DNA of 64,000 nt from Synechococcus sp. Lineage in GTDB: Bacteria > Cyanobacteriota > Cyanobacteriia > PCC-6307 > Cyanobiaceae. Positions 51,749-63,016 of this stretch are shown here, in pieces. Below the pieces are notes generated by a model. That model was not told where the DNA came from. It searched no databases and worked only from the letters and a program-made list of their open reading frames with translations. Numbering within the stretch: the stretch's first letter is position 1; each line of letters begins with the position of its first letter. The translations under genes were made by a program, and so were the position numbers. Location of the stretch: positions 1,952,136-2,016,135 of the forward strand of contig JBJBDC010000001.1 in assembly GCA_047285535.1 (NCBI GenBank), in the 5' to 3' direction.

Positions 51749-54067
51749 TTAGAACCCACTCATCACCTGCCTGGCGGCTGGAAGACTGGGTTGATATCCA
51801 TAGCCATAGCTCCCTCCTTCTTGATCATTAATAATGCGAGGTGTTACGAGGATGACTAATTCATTTTTAGTCCTAGTGCCGCCGGAAGAACGGAAAAACT
51901 GACCAATTAGAGGCAAGTCACCAAGAATTGGCCACTTGGTCACTAGCTGTTTATCAGAATCTGAAATCACTCCGGTGAGAATGAGAGTTTGACCATCACG
52001 AACGCGGACACGGCCGGTGTCAAGCGTACGGCTATTAATCACATCTACCTTGCCACAAGTTCCCGCATCCACAGTTTTACTCGACACGGAAATCTCAGGA
52101 GACAAAGAGAAAGAGACAAAACCATTATCATCAATTTTCTCAATCCTTGCACCAAACGTGAGCCCCGCATTGCCAAAGGTAGGCTCACAAAATGCAATTC
52201 CATTCGTGTCTTGCTTGACCTTATAGCCTGTGATCAATCGCTCTCCAACCGACACCAACGCCTCATTACTCTTTTCCCTGCCAATCTTGCCATCGGCAGA
52301 AATTTTCTCAGAATCACTACCCGAAGATTTTTCGCTGCCCTCCTGCAGTATTAATGTTGGATTAGCGAGAATTTTTGTCGAAGACGAGACGATCTGCGCC
52401 CGCAAGAAATCAAAAAATTGATTCGTAGGATAACGAAAACGAGATGGTGCTTTATACGTGAGTTTCCCATCCTGATCAACCTCACTCACCCCTGGCTGCA
52501 AGGGGTTGTCATCTGTACCAAAATCAGGCCGAAGAGGCAGTCCTGCACTCCCAGAATCGAGCATGGTTGGTGAGCCAGGAAGCGGAAAAGGCACAGTCGG
52601 CTGATCAACGAATCCCTCACCTCCAACAAGAGCACCCGTTCCAGGAAGAAGGGTTGTTTTACCATCGGCCGTGTAACTCCCTGGCAATCCACCTTCACTG
52701 TTTCCGGGAGGCTTGTATGCACCAAAATTGGCCAGCAATTGTCCATCCTGACTCACAATAAATGCGTTACCAGAGCGAAAAGCGAAGCTGTTGGAGATTT
52801 GAGAATCATTGTCTAAATTAATATCAAGAATCTGAACTGTTAACGCCACTTGCCTCTGGCGCAGATCAATTTGCTTCAGATAGCTTTCTGCAACCGCGAC
52901 GAGTCTTGAATCACCAACAAGCGTAATCGTCTGTAATCGAGAATCTGTTGTACCGGCCAGACCTCGCAAAGGTCCAACTGTGGACCCATAGGTTTCAACA
53001 CTTGTCAGGGTGGATGTACTAGCCGTGACATTTGCTGCATTGTTGGCGGGAGTGCCAGTTGAGACTGTTTCCTGAGACGTCAGCTGAGTGGTGTTGACTT
53101 TGCTGATTGAGGCACCCAGGCTCGCAAGATAGTCCGCAGCAGAGTCAGCGCTGGCCTGATTGAGTCGATACACCTTTGAAACCTGTGGTCCAAACGTTTT
53201 CGCTGACACCGCAGAACCAACAAGCAAGGTCCGTCCATCGAGCTTCCCTTGAAGTCCAGATGCCAGCAACACTCCATTGAATGCTCTGGCATAACTCTCA
53301 TTTTGAAATGCCATTGAGACCAAACTCGCGTTCTGCGCGACAGCAGAGTCCCCATCAGCATCCGAACCATCCCCTACATACACAAAGCCATATCCACCCA
53401 GCCTTGCTAAGGCCATCAAGGCATCTTTCGCCGGCGCATTATTCAGTGTGAGTGTGACCGGCGGACCACTCACATTCACATAACTCCGGTTCTGCAGAAC
53501 CATTGTTCCCACCGCAATATCGCCTAGAGGTGGCGCCACAGCACGCGGGCGCAGGGGTGGGGCGTATTGCGTTTGAGGGACGCGCCCAGGGGTCGTCAGA
53601 TTCAAGCGCCCTGTCTCAAGCACCGGCATGGCAACCAACCCTGAAAACTCGAGGATCAGATCACGACCATCTGCACTCACAAGCGGTTCCTCCAGGGCCT
53701 GACCATTGCTGGGAACCACTTTCAACGCATACTCGCTACCGCTACCCACCAAAGATGCCGACTGAATTCCAGCGGCTGAATCCGTTAAACGCACCTGACC
53801 ATGACGGACCCCAGGAGCACCCTGGGTCTGCAAACGTCCCTCCCAAACTTGACCATTGAGACGCTGCTGAAGCTGGGGCTGGGCACCAACCCCTTCAATC
53901 ACCAGTTCCACGCCACCATTAACGCGACGCAGCCGCATGTTCATACTGCCAAGGTTCTGAGCCCTGATCGCCCGGGATCCTCCTAGACCAAAAATTACGT
54001 CGCACTCAGCGAAGGCAAGGCTGCCGAACAAAGCCAAAGGAATCAGGCGGGAGAGTCTCGAGGGCAT
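51749..54067 (-). CDS. pilQ: Type IV pilus secretin PilQ (GspD family)
   Basis: VRDGQTLILTGVI, KWPILGDLPLIGQFFR, ELVILVTPRI. Confidence 0.9.
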   Translation of the reverse strand: MPSRLSRLIPLALFGSLAFAECDVIFGLGGSRAIRAQNLGSMNMRLRRVNGGVELVIEGVGAQPQLQQRLNGQVWEGRLQTQGAPGVRHGQVRLTDSAAGIQSASLVGSGSEYALKVVPSNGQALEEPLVSADGRDLILEFSGLVAMPVLETGRLNLTTPGRVPQTQYAPPLRPRAVAPPLGDIAVGTMVLQNRSYVNVSGPPVTLTLNNAPAKDALMALARLGGYGFVYVGDGSDADGDSAVAQNASLVSMAFQNESYARAFNGVLLASGLQGKLDGRTLLVGSAVSAKTFGPQVSKVYRLNQASADSAADYLASLGASISKVNTTQLTSQETVSTGTPANNAANVTASTSTLTSVETYGSTVGPLRGLAGTTDSRLQTITLVGDSRLVAVAESYLKQIDLRQRQVALTVQILDINLDNDSQISNSFAFRSGNAFIVSQDGQLLANFGAYKPPGNSEGGLPGSYTADGKTTLLPGTGALVGGEGFVDQPTVPFPLPGSPTMLDSGSAGLPLRPDFGTDDNPLQPGVSEVDQDGKLTYKAPSRFRYPTNQFFDFLRAQIVSSSTKILANPTLILQEGSEKSSGSDSEKISADGKIGREKSNEALVSVGERLITGYKVKQDTNGIAFCEPTFGNAGLTFGARIEKIDDNGFVSFSLSPEISVSSKTVDAGTCGKVDVINSRTLDTGRVRVRDGQTLILTGVISDSDKQLVTKWPILGDLPLIGQFFRSSGGTRTKNELVILVTPRIINDQEGGSYGYGYQPSLPAARQVMSGF

Positions 54068-54154
54068 GCCCAGGCCTGGATTTCAGAAGATATGGGCGGA
54101 TGGTATCGAGCCACACCCCGAAGAGCCAGCCTTGAAAGAACGCCCTGAGCCCTC

Positions 54155-54889
54155 TCAGAACGGGGGCTTGGCCTTTGCTGCTGGTGCTGCTTTGGGCTGA
54201 TCTGCCTCGGGCACTTTGTCAAAAAAACTAAGCCTGAGCTTGAGCTCAGTCAGCGCTGGCCCCACGGCCGCCGTCTCCTCCTCATCCCCCGGTGACGCAA
54301 CGGCTTTGAGTTCAAGATCACTGGGCTGCACGAGGAGTGCCAGTTGCTCCATTTCGCGTAAGAACTGAAGCAGCCCCTCATAGGGGCCATTCACTTGAAG
54401 CAACACCGCACTTTTTTCAAACCCCTTCCTCTCCAGGGGAGCTTGGACATGTTCTGCATCCCCTTTCTTCTTTTGATTGGTTGATTTTGCGGGATCATCG
54501 GTCACGGCAGGAGCAACGGAGACCGGTTCATAGCGTTCAATCACCACTCCGCTCTCAGCCGATGCACGACTCAACTGAGTGAGAAAGGTCTGGATCTGGC
54601 CACGACCCGCGATCAAGCGCAAGATCAGATCTTGCTGTTGCTGAGCCGCCAAAAGCTTTCCTTCCGCATCCTTGACTCGACCTCGCATCAACGGCAGCGA
54701 CTGCTTCTTCACTTGCAGCTCTGCGATCCGGCTCATTCGTTCCCCGGATTCCAACCAATGGGGCAGTCCGACAATCGCAAACAGCCCAATACCCATCAAG
54801 GCACCGACAACCAAGGGAGTGCCGACTAACACACGCTGACGGGTGAGAGATTTCAGCCAAGGACTACTTGTGCCGCTCAGATTCGTCAC
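54155..54889 (-). CDS. pilO: PilO-like pilus assembly protein
   Basis: Single TM helix, coiled coil, GPYEGLLQFL; GTG start overlaps pilN stop; operon position. Confidence 0.7.
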   Translation of the reverse strand: MTNLSGTSSPWLKSLTRQRVLVGTPLVVGALMGIGLFAIVGLPHWLESGERMSRIAELQVKKQSLPLMRGRVKDAEGKLLAAQQQQDLILRLIAGRGQIQTFLTQLSRASAESGVVIERYEPVSVAPAVTDDPAKSTNQKKKGDAEHVQAPLERKGFEKSAVLLQVNGPYEGLLQFLREMEQLALLVQPSDLELKAVASPGDEEETAAVGPALTELKLRLSFFDKVPEADQPKAAPAAKAKPPF

Positions 54890-55578
54890 AAGTTCACTCC
54901 TTGCTGCTGGAGCAACCGAGACCGCTCCGCCAACCCATCTGCTCCCAACTCCTGAAGCTGAATCATGGATAAACGGGTCTTCGTATTGAGAGCCCACTCC
55001 ATGCTGAACGTCACAACTGGAGCATCACTATCTGCTCGAGTGACCTTCACCACCTTGACGCCTTGTTCTCCTGTGATCGGGAGTTGACTCAAAGAGAGTC
55101 CTAGGGCATTGATGCGTTCCAAGGGGCCTGGTGACTGTCCAATCTGAACTCTTCCCAACAGTTTGATCTGTGCGTCTCCGACCACTAACTCCTGCAATTG
55201 AATGCCTGCAGGAGTGACGCGTCTGAGCTGCTCTAACAAAGGAGAGCCTACGGGGAACGCCACGAGCTGTTTGGCGATCTTGAGGCTGTCTTGATTGAGT
55301 GTGGAAGTCTGAGTCCGCAGGCGCCGCAACTGGTTTTCCATCGAAGTCGTGCGTTGAGCAATCAATGCCAGCGACTCCAACTGCTGCTGTTGCTGGCTTC
55401 CCCGCCAGCTCACCCATGCGGTAACCGCTAAGCAGATCAAAAACACCGCCCCGCCAAGCCAAGCACCACGCCTCAGCAAGAGGCGAGTAGGGACAAAAGG
55501 GTCAGCCTGAGCGGGCAAACCCAACTCGATGCGCCGCTCACGGAGCAAATCAACTGAGGTTCTTGCCATTTCATTCAT
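54886..55578 (-). CDS. pilN: PilN-like pilus assembly protein
   Basis: DLL N-terminus, TM helix, coiled coil, LEQLRRVTPAGIQL. Confidence 0.75.
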   Translation of the reverse strand: MNEMARTSVDLLRERRIELGLPAQADPFVPTRLLLRRGAWLGGAVFLICLAVTAWVSWRGSQQQQQLESLALIAQRTTSMENQLRRLRTQTSTLNQDSLKIAKQLVAFPVGSPLLEQLRRVTPAGIQLQELVVGDAQIKLLGRVQIGQSPGPLERINALGLSLSQLPITGEQGVKVVKVTRADSDAPVVTFSMEWALNTKTRLSMIQLQELGADGLAERSRLLQQQGVNL

Positions 55579-56471
55579 CCTCTGTGGTCCGAGGGTGCCT
55601 TCAGGGCCAGCTGAAGCAGCGACATCTCACCATCTGAGACAAGCGGGCCATGGAGATCAGTGGCATGACCAGTCGCCCAACATCCCTGCCAACTTGGCCC
55701 CGCGGTAATCCACCAGCTGCGGCTTCCATCAACCTGTCGCCGCCTCCCATCCCACGCCTCAAGCAGAAGCAACACCTCCTCTCTCAACGACATGACCTGG
55801 GTCGATTGCAAGGCAACATCCAGTTCAGGCCAGCCATCGCACAACACCACGAGGCGCCACATACCGTTTTGCTCAATCACCCAAACCCACTCTCCCTGCC
55901 ATGGTTCGATGCAAACCTGAAGCGCTCTCCACGCGGCAACCAGAAGCCACTCCGCTTGATAAAGACTGATATCTGCCAAGGCCACCGTATCGATCCAGGC
56001 CTGGAGCATCAACCGATCAGCGCCTACCACCATGGCCATGCCCCTCTCATCCATCGGGGTCATAGCGAGATAGGAATCATGCCATTGCAGCGGCCAGTTC
56101 ATTTCAGGCGAAAGCTCACGCAGGTTGCTCGCGTCATCAAGACCTGAAGCCCCCTCGAGCAGACGCCAATGGCAACTCGGCAGAGGCAACAACAGTTCCA
56201 ATTCCACAGAGACAGGTGCAATGTTCTGTTCCAAGAGAAGATCCGCCACCGTTTCAGCAAGCGCCTGGCGTTGAAGCGGTACCCCTCTTCGGCAGAGATC
56301 AGGAGGAAGGTCGGCATGAACCAGCCGCTGCTCATCCCGATCCCTCCAAGACAAACTCAGGGCATGATCATCAGCAGCTAGCACCACCCGTCTTCGGCTG
56401 ATCAAGCTGTTGAGCTGAACCAGCAGCCCATCGAAGGCAGGGAAGCGATCGCGAATTACGGCCAGCTCCAA
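55575..56471 (-). CDS. pilM: Divergent PilM-like protein
   Basis: First gene of an overlapping MNOQ-type operon; assignment mainly from position. Confidence 0.55.
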   Translation of the reverse strand: MELAVIRDRFPAFDGLLVQLNSLISRRRVVLAADDHALSLSWRDRDEQRLVHADLPPDLCRRGVPLQRQALAETVADLLLEQNIAPVSVELELLLPLPSCHWRLLEGASGLDDASNLRELSPEMNWPLQWHDSYLAMTPMDERGMAMVVGADRLMLQAWIDTVALADISLYQAEWLLVAAWRALQVCIEPWQGEWVWVIEQNGMWRLVVLCDGWPELDVALQSTQVMSLREEVLLLLEAWDGRRRQVDGSRSWWITAGPSWQGCWATGHATDLHGPLVSDGEMSLLQLALKAPSDHRG

Positions 56472-56518
56472 GTTCTGCTCCTAAGGAAGACATGAACAAC
56501 TTCCTGGAAGCGTATCGA

Positions 56519-57697
56519 CTACTTCCAGGGCGCGCCGCTTCCTACGGCTTCACTCAGATGGCGAAAGCCATGGCGATCCAACTGGCAGATCAAACCATCC
56601 AAAATGCGCGGAACAAGATCGGGGCCTTCGAAAATCCAACCGGTGTACAACTGCACCAGAGATGCACCTGCAACAATCCGCTCCCAGGCGGATTCTGCCG
56701 ATGAAATCCCCCCTACACCAATCAACGGCAGGGCAGGACCAGCACTCGCGCGTAGCCTTCGAATAACCTCCACCGCTCGATAACGGAGTGGATCACCACT
56801 GAGCCCCCCAGCTTCTTCAGCAAGGGTTTTGCCGGTTTGCGCAATCCGACGCTGCTCCAAACCAAGCCGATTCAAGCTTGTATTCACCGCGATGACTCCC
56901 GCCAAGCCTTCCTCGTAAGCCAGCCGAGCGATGCCGTCAATGGCATCGTCTTCGAGATCAGGAGCAATCTTGACCAGAAGTGGAGGGCAGGCTCGAAGCC
57001 GGCGCAACCGCTCGACCAAACGGCGCAATTGGGTTGAATCCTGAAGGTCTCGCAATCCAGGAGTATTGGGAGAACTCACATTGATCACGGCGTAATCCGC
57101 CCATGGAGCAAGATGTTCCAGTGAAGCGGCGTAGTCATCAGGGGCCTGCTCCAGAGGAGTCACTTTTGATTTGCCGAAATTAATCCCGAGCACAGCAGGA
57201 CGATGTCCTGGCGCCGGCAAAGATTGACGCTCAAGAGTGCGCTGCATGGCCTCAGCACCGTTGTTGTTAAATCCCATGCGATTGATGGCAGCCCGTTCAG
57301 CGGCAAGCCGAAACAACCGCGGCCTTGGGTTTCCGGGTTGACCATGCCAAGTGACCGTCCCCACTTCGGCAAACCCAAAACCAAAGCAATCCCAAACACC
57401 TGCCGCAACGCCGTTTTTGTCGAACCCCGCAGCCAAGCCCACTGGATTACTGAATCGACAACCAAACAGGACTTGCTCTAAGCGAAGATTTCGCCGCCGA
57501 AGTTCAGTCGCCACTCCGTCTAGGACTGAGGAGATCCCAGGCCAATGACGACGAATGCTGACCTGGGCGAGGGCCTGCAAGGCCGCCTGACTGAGCTGTT
57601 CTGCATCCACGCCCTCATCCCTGGCCAACTGCGGGCCAATCCATCGCCGATAAAAACTGGCGGTGGATAACACTCCGAGGGATGACGCATCAGCCAT
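56519..57697 (-). CDS. pyrD: Quinone-dependent dihydroorotate dehydrogenase
   Basis: [32 protein letters not shown]. Confidence 0.97.
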   Translation of the reverse strand: MADASSLGVLSTASFYRRWIGPQLARDEGVDAEQLSQAALQALAQVSIRRHWPGISSVLDGVATELRRRNLRLEQVLFGCRFSNPVGLAAGFDKNGVAAGVWDCFGFGFAEVGTVTWHGQPGNPRPRLFRLAAERAAINRMGFNNNGAEAMQRTLERQSLPAPGHRPAVLGINFGKSKVTPLEQAPDDYAASLEHLAPWADYAVINVSSPNTPGLRDLQDSTQLRRLVERLRRLRACPPLLVKIAPDLEDDAIDGIARLAYEEGLAGVIAVNTSLNRLGLEQRRIAQTGKTLAEEAGGLSGDPLRYRAVEVIRRLRASAGPALPLIGVGGISSAESAWERIVAGASLVQLYTGWIFEGPDLVPRILDGLICQLDRHGFRHLSEAVGSGAPWK

Positions 57698-57705
57698 CTG
57701 GCCTC

Positions 57706-58437
57706 CTAGGTCTCTAACGATCCTGCCGGGTCGCGTCGCAACCGCCAGAGATCATTCTCCATAGGCTCGACGATCCAGTCACGCCAACGCCAAGAAGCTT
57801 GACGTTCAGACAACCGACTGAATGGCTGCTCTACCAACTGAGCCAACTCCACCACAGTCAATGCATACCCTCCCGCAGCCAAGCGATCGGCGAGTTCGAG
57901 GCGATTGAGAAGTTTCTGCAAGGACTTCGGTGCCACATCCTCCGACGGCTGACGACTTGAGGCGAGTGTGGGAATGACCTCTTGCTGTCCCCTGGAATAA
58001 GCCACTGCAATCTGATCCACTCTGTCGTTATCGGGATCTCCGCTATGCCCTTTCACGTACCTGAGCGGAACATCCTCCAGCCGAGCTCGATCCAACGCCT
58101 GCCAAAGATCCTGATTGAGTACTGGCTTGCCCGCCGCCGTGCGCCAGCCCTTGCGCTTCCAACCAGACATCCAGCGACTGAGTCCATCGATCAGATATTT
58201 GCTGTCGGTTCGTAGCGTGAGATCAGGATGAAGCGGCAACTCGGCCAAGCGTTGCAAGATGGCAAGAGCAGCTTGCAACTCCATACGGTTGTTTGTGGTA
58301 GCCGGATCCGCACCACCAAATTCCTCCACACTGCCGTCTTCAAAACGAATCAACGCACCCCAGCCACCCGGTCCTGGATTACCGCTGCAGGCACCATCCG
58401 TCGCTGCTGCGACGACGCGACCACGTCCATCAGCCAT
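57706..58437 (-). CDS. rnhA: Ribonuclease HI with C-terminal extension
   Basis: [30 protein letters not shown]. Confidence 0.95.
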   Translation of the reverse strand: MADGRGRVVAAATDGACSGNPGPGGWGALIRFEDGSVEEFGGADPATTNNRMELQAALAILQRLAELPLHPDLTLRTDSKYLIDGLSRWMSGWKRKGWRTAAGKPVLNQDLWQALDRARLEDVPLRYVKGHSGDPDNDRVDQIAVAYSRGQQEVIPTLASSRQPSEDVAPKSLQKLLNRLELADRLAAGGYALTVVELAQLVEQPFSRLSERQASWRWRDWIVEPMENDLWRLRRDPAGSLET

Positions 58438-58499
58438 TGATTCCACCACCTAATTTTCGGTACAACAGGTTGTTGTTCTCCATCTTGGAGTCACCGTTT

Positions 58500-59198
58500 A
58501 TGCGGCGAACTTACCTCCGGCTGCTGCTTCTGACCGGAACGGCATTGATGCTGGGGGCCACTTCAGCGGCACTACCAGTGTGGGCCCGCTCCCTCTTTGA
58601 TAGCGAGCCACTTCAACAAGACCAATTCGCGATCCTTGCACGAGCAGTTGGGCAGGACCGCTGGAAGCTGCTGGTCCTGGAACAGATCAAGGCCAGGCCT
58701 CTCTGCTGGGAAAATCGTACCGATGGACTGGTTCTGCCATCCCTGAATGGCTTTGATTTCACTGGCATTTGCAGCCGTTACCTCGACAGCAACGGCTATT
58801 CCCTTCGCACTGGAGGCCAAGACACAAAGAAATCTGTTCGATTACGTCTGCATCAAGGACGCAGTGGTCTTGAGCTTCAAGCGATGGAGCCCAACAGCAG
58901 CACCGCAGTCGTCGTTGCCAGGGCAGGGCAAGTCAAACGGAACAAAGATGCCTTCGTCAAACTTGAATTGGAACCAGGCTGGGAACTCGAGCGACGGGCT
59001 TATAAGGGACGAAAACTGAGCCATCTGTATTTCGCCAACAGTGAGTCCCTCAATCAGTTAATGGCTAAGACCTCAAAACGCCCGAACCAAACAGTATTGA
59101 TGTCTACTGTGATGCAATCCCTAAAACCACCAAGCTCCTCCTCAGCCTTTGCGAGAAAGGGGCCCATTCGTCTTGAAGTGATTCCCTTCCGTCCCTAA
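58500..59198 (+). CDS. DUF3747 exported protein
   Basis: LEQIK...CW, FDFTGICSRYLDSNGYSLR. Confidence 0.85.
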   Translation: MRRTYLRLLLLTGTALMLGATSAALPVWARSLFDSEPLQQDQFAILARAVGQDRWKLLVLEQIKARPLCWENRTDGLVLPSLNGFDFTGICSRYLDSNGYSLRTGGQDTKKSVRLRLHQGRSGLELQAMEPNSSTAVVVARAGQVKRNKDAFVKLELEPGWELERRAYKGRKLSHLYFANSESLNQLMAKTSKRPNQTVLMSTVMQSLKPPSSSSAFARKGPIRLEVIPFRP

Positions 59199-59270
59199 CC
59201 AGCCGCTAAGGACAGTTGAAGGAGCGGAAACCTCAAGCCCGTGAATGAAGCGAATCTTCTTAAATTCAAG

Positions 59271-59365
59271 GTGTGAGGAGTGTAATCGCCTCTTCAGGGT
59301 CGAAACTAGGAAAGACTCCTGAACGCCTTGATGATCAGCCTTGCCTTTGGCAGGGCTCTTTTTTT
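59271..59365 (+). ncRNA. yfr2: Yfr2-family small RNA (candidate)
   Basis: TAAATT -10 box at 59261; 5' GTGTGAGGAG; stem TTCAGG-GTC/GAC-T-CCTGAA with GAAACTAGGAAA loop; own terminator. Confidence 0.7.
59337..59365 (+). terminator. Intrinsic terminator
   Basis: AGCCTTGCC-TTT-GGCAGGGCT then T7. Confidence 0.85.
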
Positions 59366-59389
59366 GCCTTAGACACCACATCAATTGAC

Positions 59390-59414
59390 AAAAAAGCCGG
59401 CTCTGAGAACCGGC
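59390..59414 (-). terminator. Intrinsic terminator of the rplJL operon
   Basis: Minus strand GCCGGTTCTCAGAGCCGGC-TTTTTT. Confidence 0.8.
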
Positions 59415-59469
59415 AGGAATCAATGTCAGGAATGAGTCCCAGTTGATGAACAACTTGAGCTCAAGGGGG

Positions 59470-59859
59470 TCACTTGACTGTGACCTTGCCCCCAACCTCT
59501 TCGATGGTCTTTTTCAAGGCTTCAGCATCATCCTTAGAGACGCCCTCCTTGATGGTCTTAGGAGCAGCTTCGACCATGGCCTTTGCATCGCCAAGGCCTA
59601 GACCAGTGGCTTCGCGAACAGCCTTGAGAACTTTGATCTTGGCGGAAGCATCAAAGCTTTCCAGAACAACATCAAATTCGGTCTTCTCTTCAGCCGCTTC
59701 GCCACCGCCACCAGCAGCGCCAGGTGCAGCCATCACCACACCCGCAGATGCAGCAGCAGAAACACCAAATGCATCCTCAATTTGCTTAACAAGCTCGGAA
59801 GCTTCTAGCAATGAGAGCTTTTTTAGTGATTCAAGAATTTCGTCAGTTTGTGCAGACAT
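59470..59859 (-). CDS. rplL: 50S ribosomal protein L7/L12
   Basis: [22 protein letters not shown]. Confidence 0.98.
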   Translation of the reverse strand: MSAQTDEILESLKKLSLLEASELVKQIEDAFGVSAAASAGVVMAAPGAAGGGGEAAEEKTEFDVVLESFDASAKIKVLKAVREATGLGLGDAKAMVEAAPKTIKEGVSKDDAEALKKTIEEVGGKVTVK

Positions 59860-59907
59860 GATTGGGAATCAGCAACAGATCAGGAAAAAAAGTGAGGTCG
59901 AAGACGA

Positions 59908-60435
59908 TCAGCTTTCGCCGCTATCGGCGTGCTGCTTGAGCGCTCTTGCAAGACCGGAGGGAACCTCGTTGATACCCACAGCGACCTTGGTGGTCACTGC
60001 GTTGATAGCACCAGCGATCTGAGCAATGAGTACTTCCTTGGTGGGAAGTTCCCCAATCGCTTTGATCTCATCGTGAGAGAGAAGCTTGCCTTCGAAAAGG
60101 CCGCCCTTGGTCTCAGATTTTTTGGTCTCTTTCTGAAAGGCCTGAACGGCCTTCACAGCACCACCGATATCGCCCTTAATCAGGACGAATGCATTGGTTC
60201 CGCTAAGAAGAGAGTCGAGGCTTGACCAAACACTGTCACCATCGATGGCACGACGCATCAAGGTGTTTTTTGTCACCTTGCAAACGCCATTGCTGGCCTG
60301 CAGACGCGTCCGCAGATCAGACATTTCCTTGATGGAGAGGCCCTGGTGATCCAGAACCAGTGTCATTTCGGCCTCGCCAAGAAGCTGTTTAAGCTCCTCG
60401 ACGATCTGTTGCTTGTTCTCCAGAGTGCGGCCCAT
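59908..60435 (-). CDS. rplJ: 50S ribosomal protein L10
   Basis: [15 protein letters not shown]. Confidence 0.98.
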   Translation of the reverse strand: MGRTLENKQQIVEELKQLLGEAEMTLVLDHQGLSIKEMSDLRTRLQASNGVCKVTKNTLMRRAIDGDSVWSSLDSLLSGTNAFVLIKGDIGGAVKAVQAFQKETKKSETKGGLFEGKLLSHDEIKAIGELPTKEVLIAQIAGAINAVTTKVAVGINEVPSGLARALKQHADSGES

Positions 60436-60454
60436 AGGGATTAGATCGGAGGAA

Positions 60455-60604
60455 CAAGCTGGACACGCGGCCGATTCAGTCCTCCAGAAGGAGACGAGGC
60501 CGCGTGTCGATCCAATCCATGGGACAAATCGTCGCGTTTACCTCGGCAGGACTTATGCAACATGCTCAACTGAGTCGAGCTGCTACAACCTGCTGTCTCA
60601 GGCC
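60455..60604 (-). promoter_or_regulatory. L10 leader (autogenous control RNA)
   Basis: Minus strand CCTGAGACAGCAGG...TAAGTCCTGCCGAGG, matching the L10-leader core, followed by GACACGCGGCC/GGCCGCGTGTC hairpin. Confidence 0.8.
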
Positions 60605-60658
60605 GGGCGCGTGCCCGTGAGCTGGCAATAGCCAGCCCATAAATTTACATCACTGTCT

Positions 60659-61366
60659 TCAGCCTTCTTGGTCGATGTCCTGCAATAACGCAACGTCAAC
60701 TTCGACAGAAGGCCCCATGGTGGAAGTGACGTAAAGACTTTTCCAGTAACGACCTTTGGCACCACTGGGCTTATTGCGATCAATGGTTTCCTGCAGAGTT
60801 TTGAGGTTCGCCAACAAGGCCTCTGCGGTAAAACTCGCTTTGCCAAACCGAACGTGAACGATGCCAGTGCGGTCAGCACGAAATTCAAGCTTGCCCGCTT
60901 TAAATTCCTGGATCGCAGAAGCCAAGTCAGTTGTAACCGTTCCTGCCTTGGGATTCGGCATCAAGCCACGAGGACCAAGAACCCGGCCGAGTTTCGCGAC
61001 CTTGGGCATCATGTCCGGGGTCGCAATCAGCAAGTCGAAATTCATTTCACCCTTGGAGATGATCTCAACAAGGTCTTCATCGCCAGCAAGCTCAGCCCCT
61101 GCAGCTTTGGCCTCAGCCACTTTTTCACCTCGGGTAATGACCGCTATACGAACCGTTTGACCGGTGCCGTTGGGAAGCGCGACCGTGGTGCGTAGCTGTT
61201 GATCGGTGTATTTAGGGTCGATACCAAGGCGCACATGCGCCTCCATCGTCTCGTCGAATTTGGCTGTAGCGTTTTCCTTGACCAGCTGAATGGCTTCAAG
61301 AGGCTGGTAGGCACGATCCTCGATTTTGGTAACGAGGCTGGCCAGGCGTTTAGAGAGTTTGGGCAT
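60659..61366 (-). CDS. rplA: 50S ribosomal protein L1
   Basis: [19 protein letters not shown]. Confidence 0.98.
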   Translation of the reverse strand: MPKLSKRLASLVTKIEDRAYQPLEAIQLVKENATAKFDETMEAHVRLGIDPKYTDQQLRTTVALPNGTGQTVRIAVITRGEKVAEAKAAGAELAGDEDLVEIISKGEMNFDLLIATPDMMPKVAKLGRVLGPRGLMPNPKAGTVTTDLASAIQEFKAGKLEFRADRTGIVHVRFGKASFTAEALLANLKTLQETIDRNKPSGAKGRYWKSLYVTSTMGPSVEVDVALLQDIDQEG

Positions 61367-61375
61367 GACAGGTAT

Positions 61376-61404
61376 GGGGTTCAGGCGACCCTGAGGTCTC
61401 CCCC
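61376..61404 (-). promoter_or_regulatory. Putative L1-binding operator upstream of rplA
   Basis: Minus strand GGGGGAG-ACC-TCAG-GGT-CGCCTGAA-CCCC: two helices with an asymmetric internal loop like L1 mRNA targets. Confidence 0.6.
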
Positions 61405-61442
61405 GAAATCAGTGAATGGAACAAACAACGAACGCAGAGCGT

Positions 61443-61868
61443 TCAGTCGCTAACGGAAACACCCATATTGCGGGCGGTCCCTTCGATGATGCGCATCGCC
61501 GACTCAACACTGGTGCAGTTGAGGTCGGGAAGCTTCGTTTTGGCGATCTCCTCAAGCTGGGAGCGGTTGATGGAGCCAACACTGCCCTTGGCTGACTCAC
61601 CGGAACCTTTTTGAATTCCAGCAGCCTTGGTGATCAGCACCGAAGCGGGAGGCGTTTTGGTGATGAAGGTGAAACTACGGTCTTCAAAAACCGAAATTTC
61701 CACCGGAATCACAAATCCGGCCTTGTCCTGGGTGCGAGCGTTGTACTCCTTGCAGAACGCCATGATGTTGACCCCGTGCTGACCGAGGGCAGGACCCACC
61801 GGTGGTGCGGGGTTGGCTTTGCCGGCCTGCAGGGCCAGCTTGATCACAGCTACGACTTTCTTGGCCAT
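61443..61868 (-). CDS. rplK: 50S ribosomal protein L11
   Basis: [17 protein letters not shown]. Confidence 0.98.
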   Translation of the reverse strand: MAKKVVAVIKLALQAGKANPAPPVGPALGQHGVNIMAFCKEYNARTQDKAGFVIPVEISVFEDRSFTFITKTPPASVLITKAAGIQKGSGESAKGSVGSINRSQLEEIAKTKLPDLNCTSVESAMRIIEGTARNMGVSVSD

Positions 61869-61977
61869 CGGCAAGCGGAGTTGAACATCTGCGGATCATC
61901 GAACCCTTGGGTCCGATGCGGCGAAATGGAAAACCACCTCGAGGGCCGCCCTCCGCAGGGAGACGGCCGCCGCTTCA

Positions 61978-62646
61978 TTAATTCTGTTTGCTGATCTGAG
62001 AAAACTCAAGTTCTACTGGTGTTTCACGGCCAAAGATCGACAACAACGCTTTGAGTTTGCTTCGTTCCCCAGACACCTCGATGACCTCGCCTTGGAAATC
62101 TTTAAAAGGACCTGCTGTGACGAGAATTTGATCCCCCTCGGCAAGATCCACTTTCACGACAGTCTTCTTCTCGGCCGCCCGCTTAAAGATCCGGTCCACC
62201 TCAGAGCGACTCAGCGGTCTGGGCTTGATGTGGCCTCTTGCCTTACCAGTGGCTCGTCGATCTTCGGCACCAACAAAATTGATGACATTTGGAGTACTTC
62301 TCACGGCCATCATCGTGTCCTCATCCAGGACCATCCTGACAAGCACATAACCAGGGAACACCTTCTCCTCTGTGGATTGACGACTTCCGTCTTTCTTGAC
62401 TTTCACGGCCGGAGTCTCTGGAATCTCAATCTCAAGGATGCGATTGCTCACCCCAAGCGTGACGGCACGCTGTTCAAGCGTGGCTTTGACTTTTTTCTCG
62501 CAGCTTGAGGCCACCTGCACCGCATACCAACGAGCGATGGATGTGCGAGCTGGGATCGACTCGAGCGTGCCCTCCTCTCCCTCATTAGGAGCTGGAAGAT
62601 CCAGCACCTCTTGACTCTCCTGCTGGGTTATATCGAGGTCAGACAC
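61978..62646 (-). CDS. nusG: Transcription termination/antitermination factor NusG
   Basis: WYAVQ, FPGYVLV, GPF, IFGRETPVEL. Confidence 0.97.
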   Translation of the reverse strand: MSDLDITQQESQEVLDLPAPNEGEEGTLESIPARTSIARWYAVQVASSCEKKVKATLEQRAVTLGVSNRILEIEIPETPAVKVKKDGSRQSTEEKVFPGYVLVRMVLDEDTMMAVRSTPNVINFVGAEDRRATGKARGHIKPRPLSRSEVDRIFKRAAEKKTVVKVDLAEGDQILVTAGPFKDFQGEVIEVSGERSKLKALLSIFGRETPVELEFSQISKQN

Positions 62647-62697
62647 GGATGCGGACGAAAAATGGGGACGAATGTGAGCTGCTGAGGGAACAACAGA

Positions 62698-62937
62698 TCA
62701 ACGGAACACCTGTGAGGCAGCCCAGCCATAAAAACGACTGAGAGCAGAAATGGCTGCTGCCGAGAGGCTCACCATCAAGATCACAGCCACTGATTCACTG
62801 AAGAGCTGCTGCCGGCTAGGCCAGACCACCAGTTTGAGCTCTTCAAAGGTGGCCACTAAAAAACCACCCCTCCGGCCTGTTGCAGCCGGTTGTTGTGGGG
62901 AAGCTGTTTCGGTGTCCTCAGAAGTGGGGCTGGTCAC
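62698..62937 (-). CDS. secE: Preprotein translocase subunit SecE
   Basis: ELKLVVWPSR plus TM helix; upstream of nusG. Confidence 0.93.
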   Translation of the reverse strand: MTSPTSEDTETASPQQPAATGRRGGFLVATFEELKLVVWPSRQQLFSESVAVILMVSLSAAAISALSRFYGWAASQVFR

Positions 62938-63016
62938 GAATGTTGCGATGCCGGAACTGACGCCGGTGCCAAAAGCACATGACGACAATGAATCATCCTA
63001 CTTGACGCTTATCAGC

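Noticed and set aside
51749..56471. pilMNOQ cluster as a novel secretion route for the Tc toxin
   Set aside because: Ordinary cyanobacterial type IV pilus operon in core context; nothing in the sequence links it to the toxin.
62938..63016. Expected tRNA-Trp upstream of secE
   Set aside because: No cloverleaf or T-loop motif in the short spacer.
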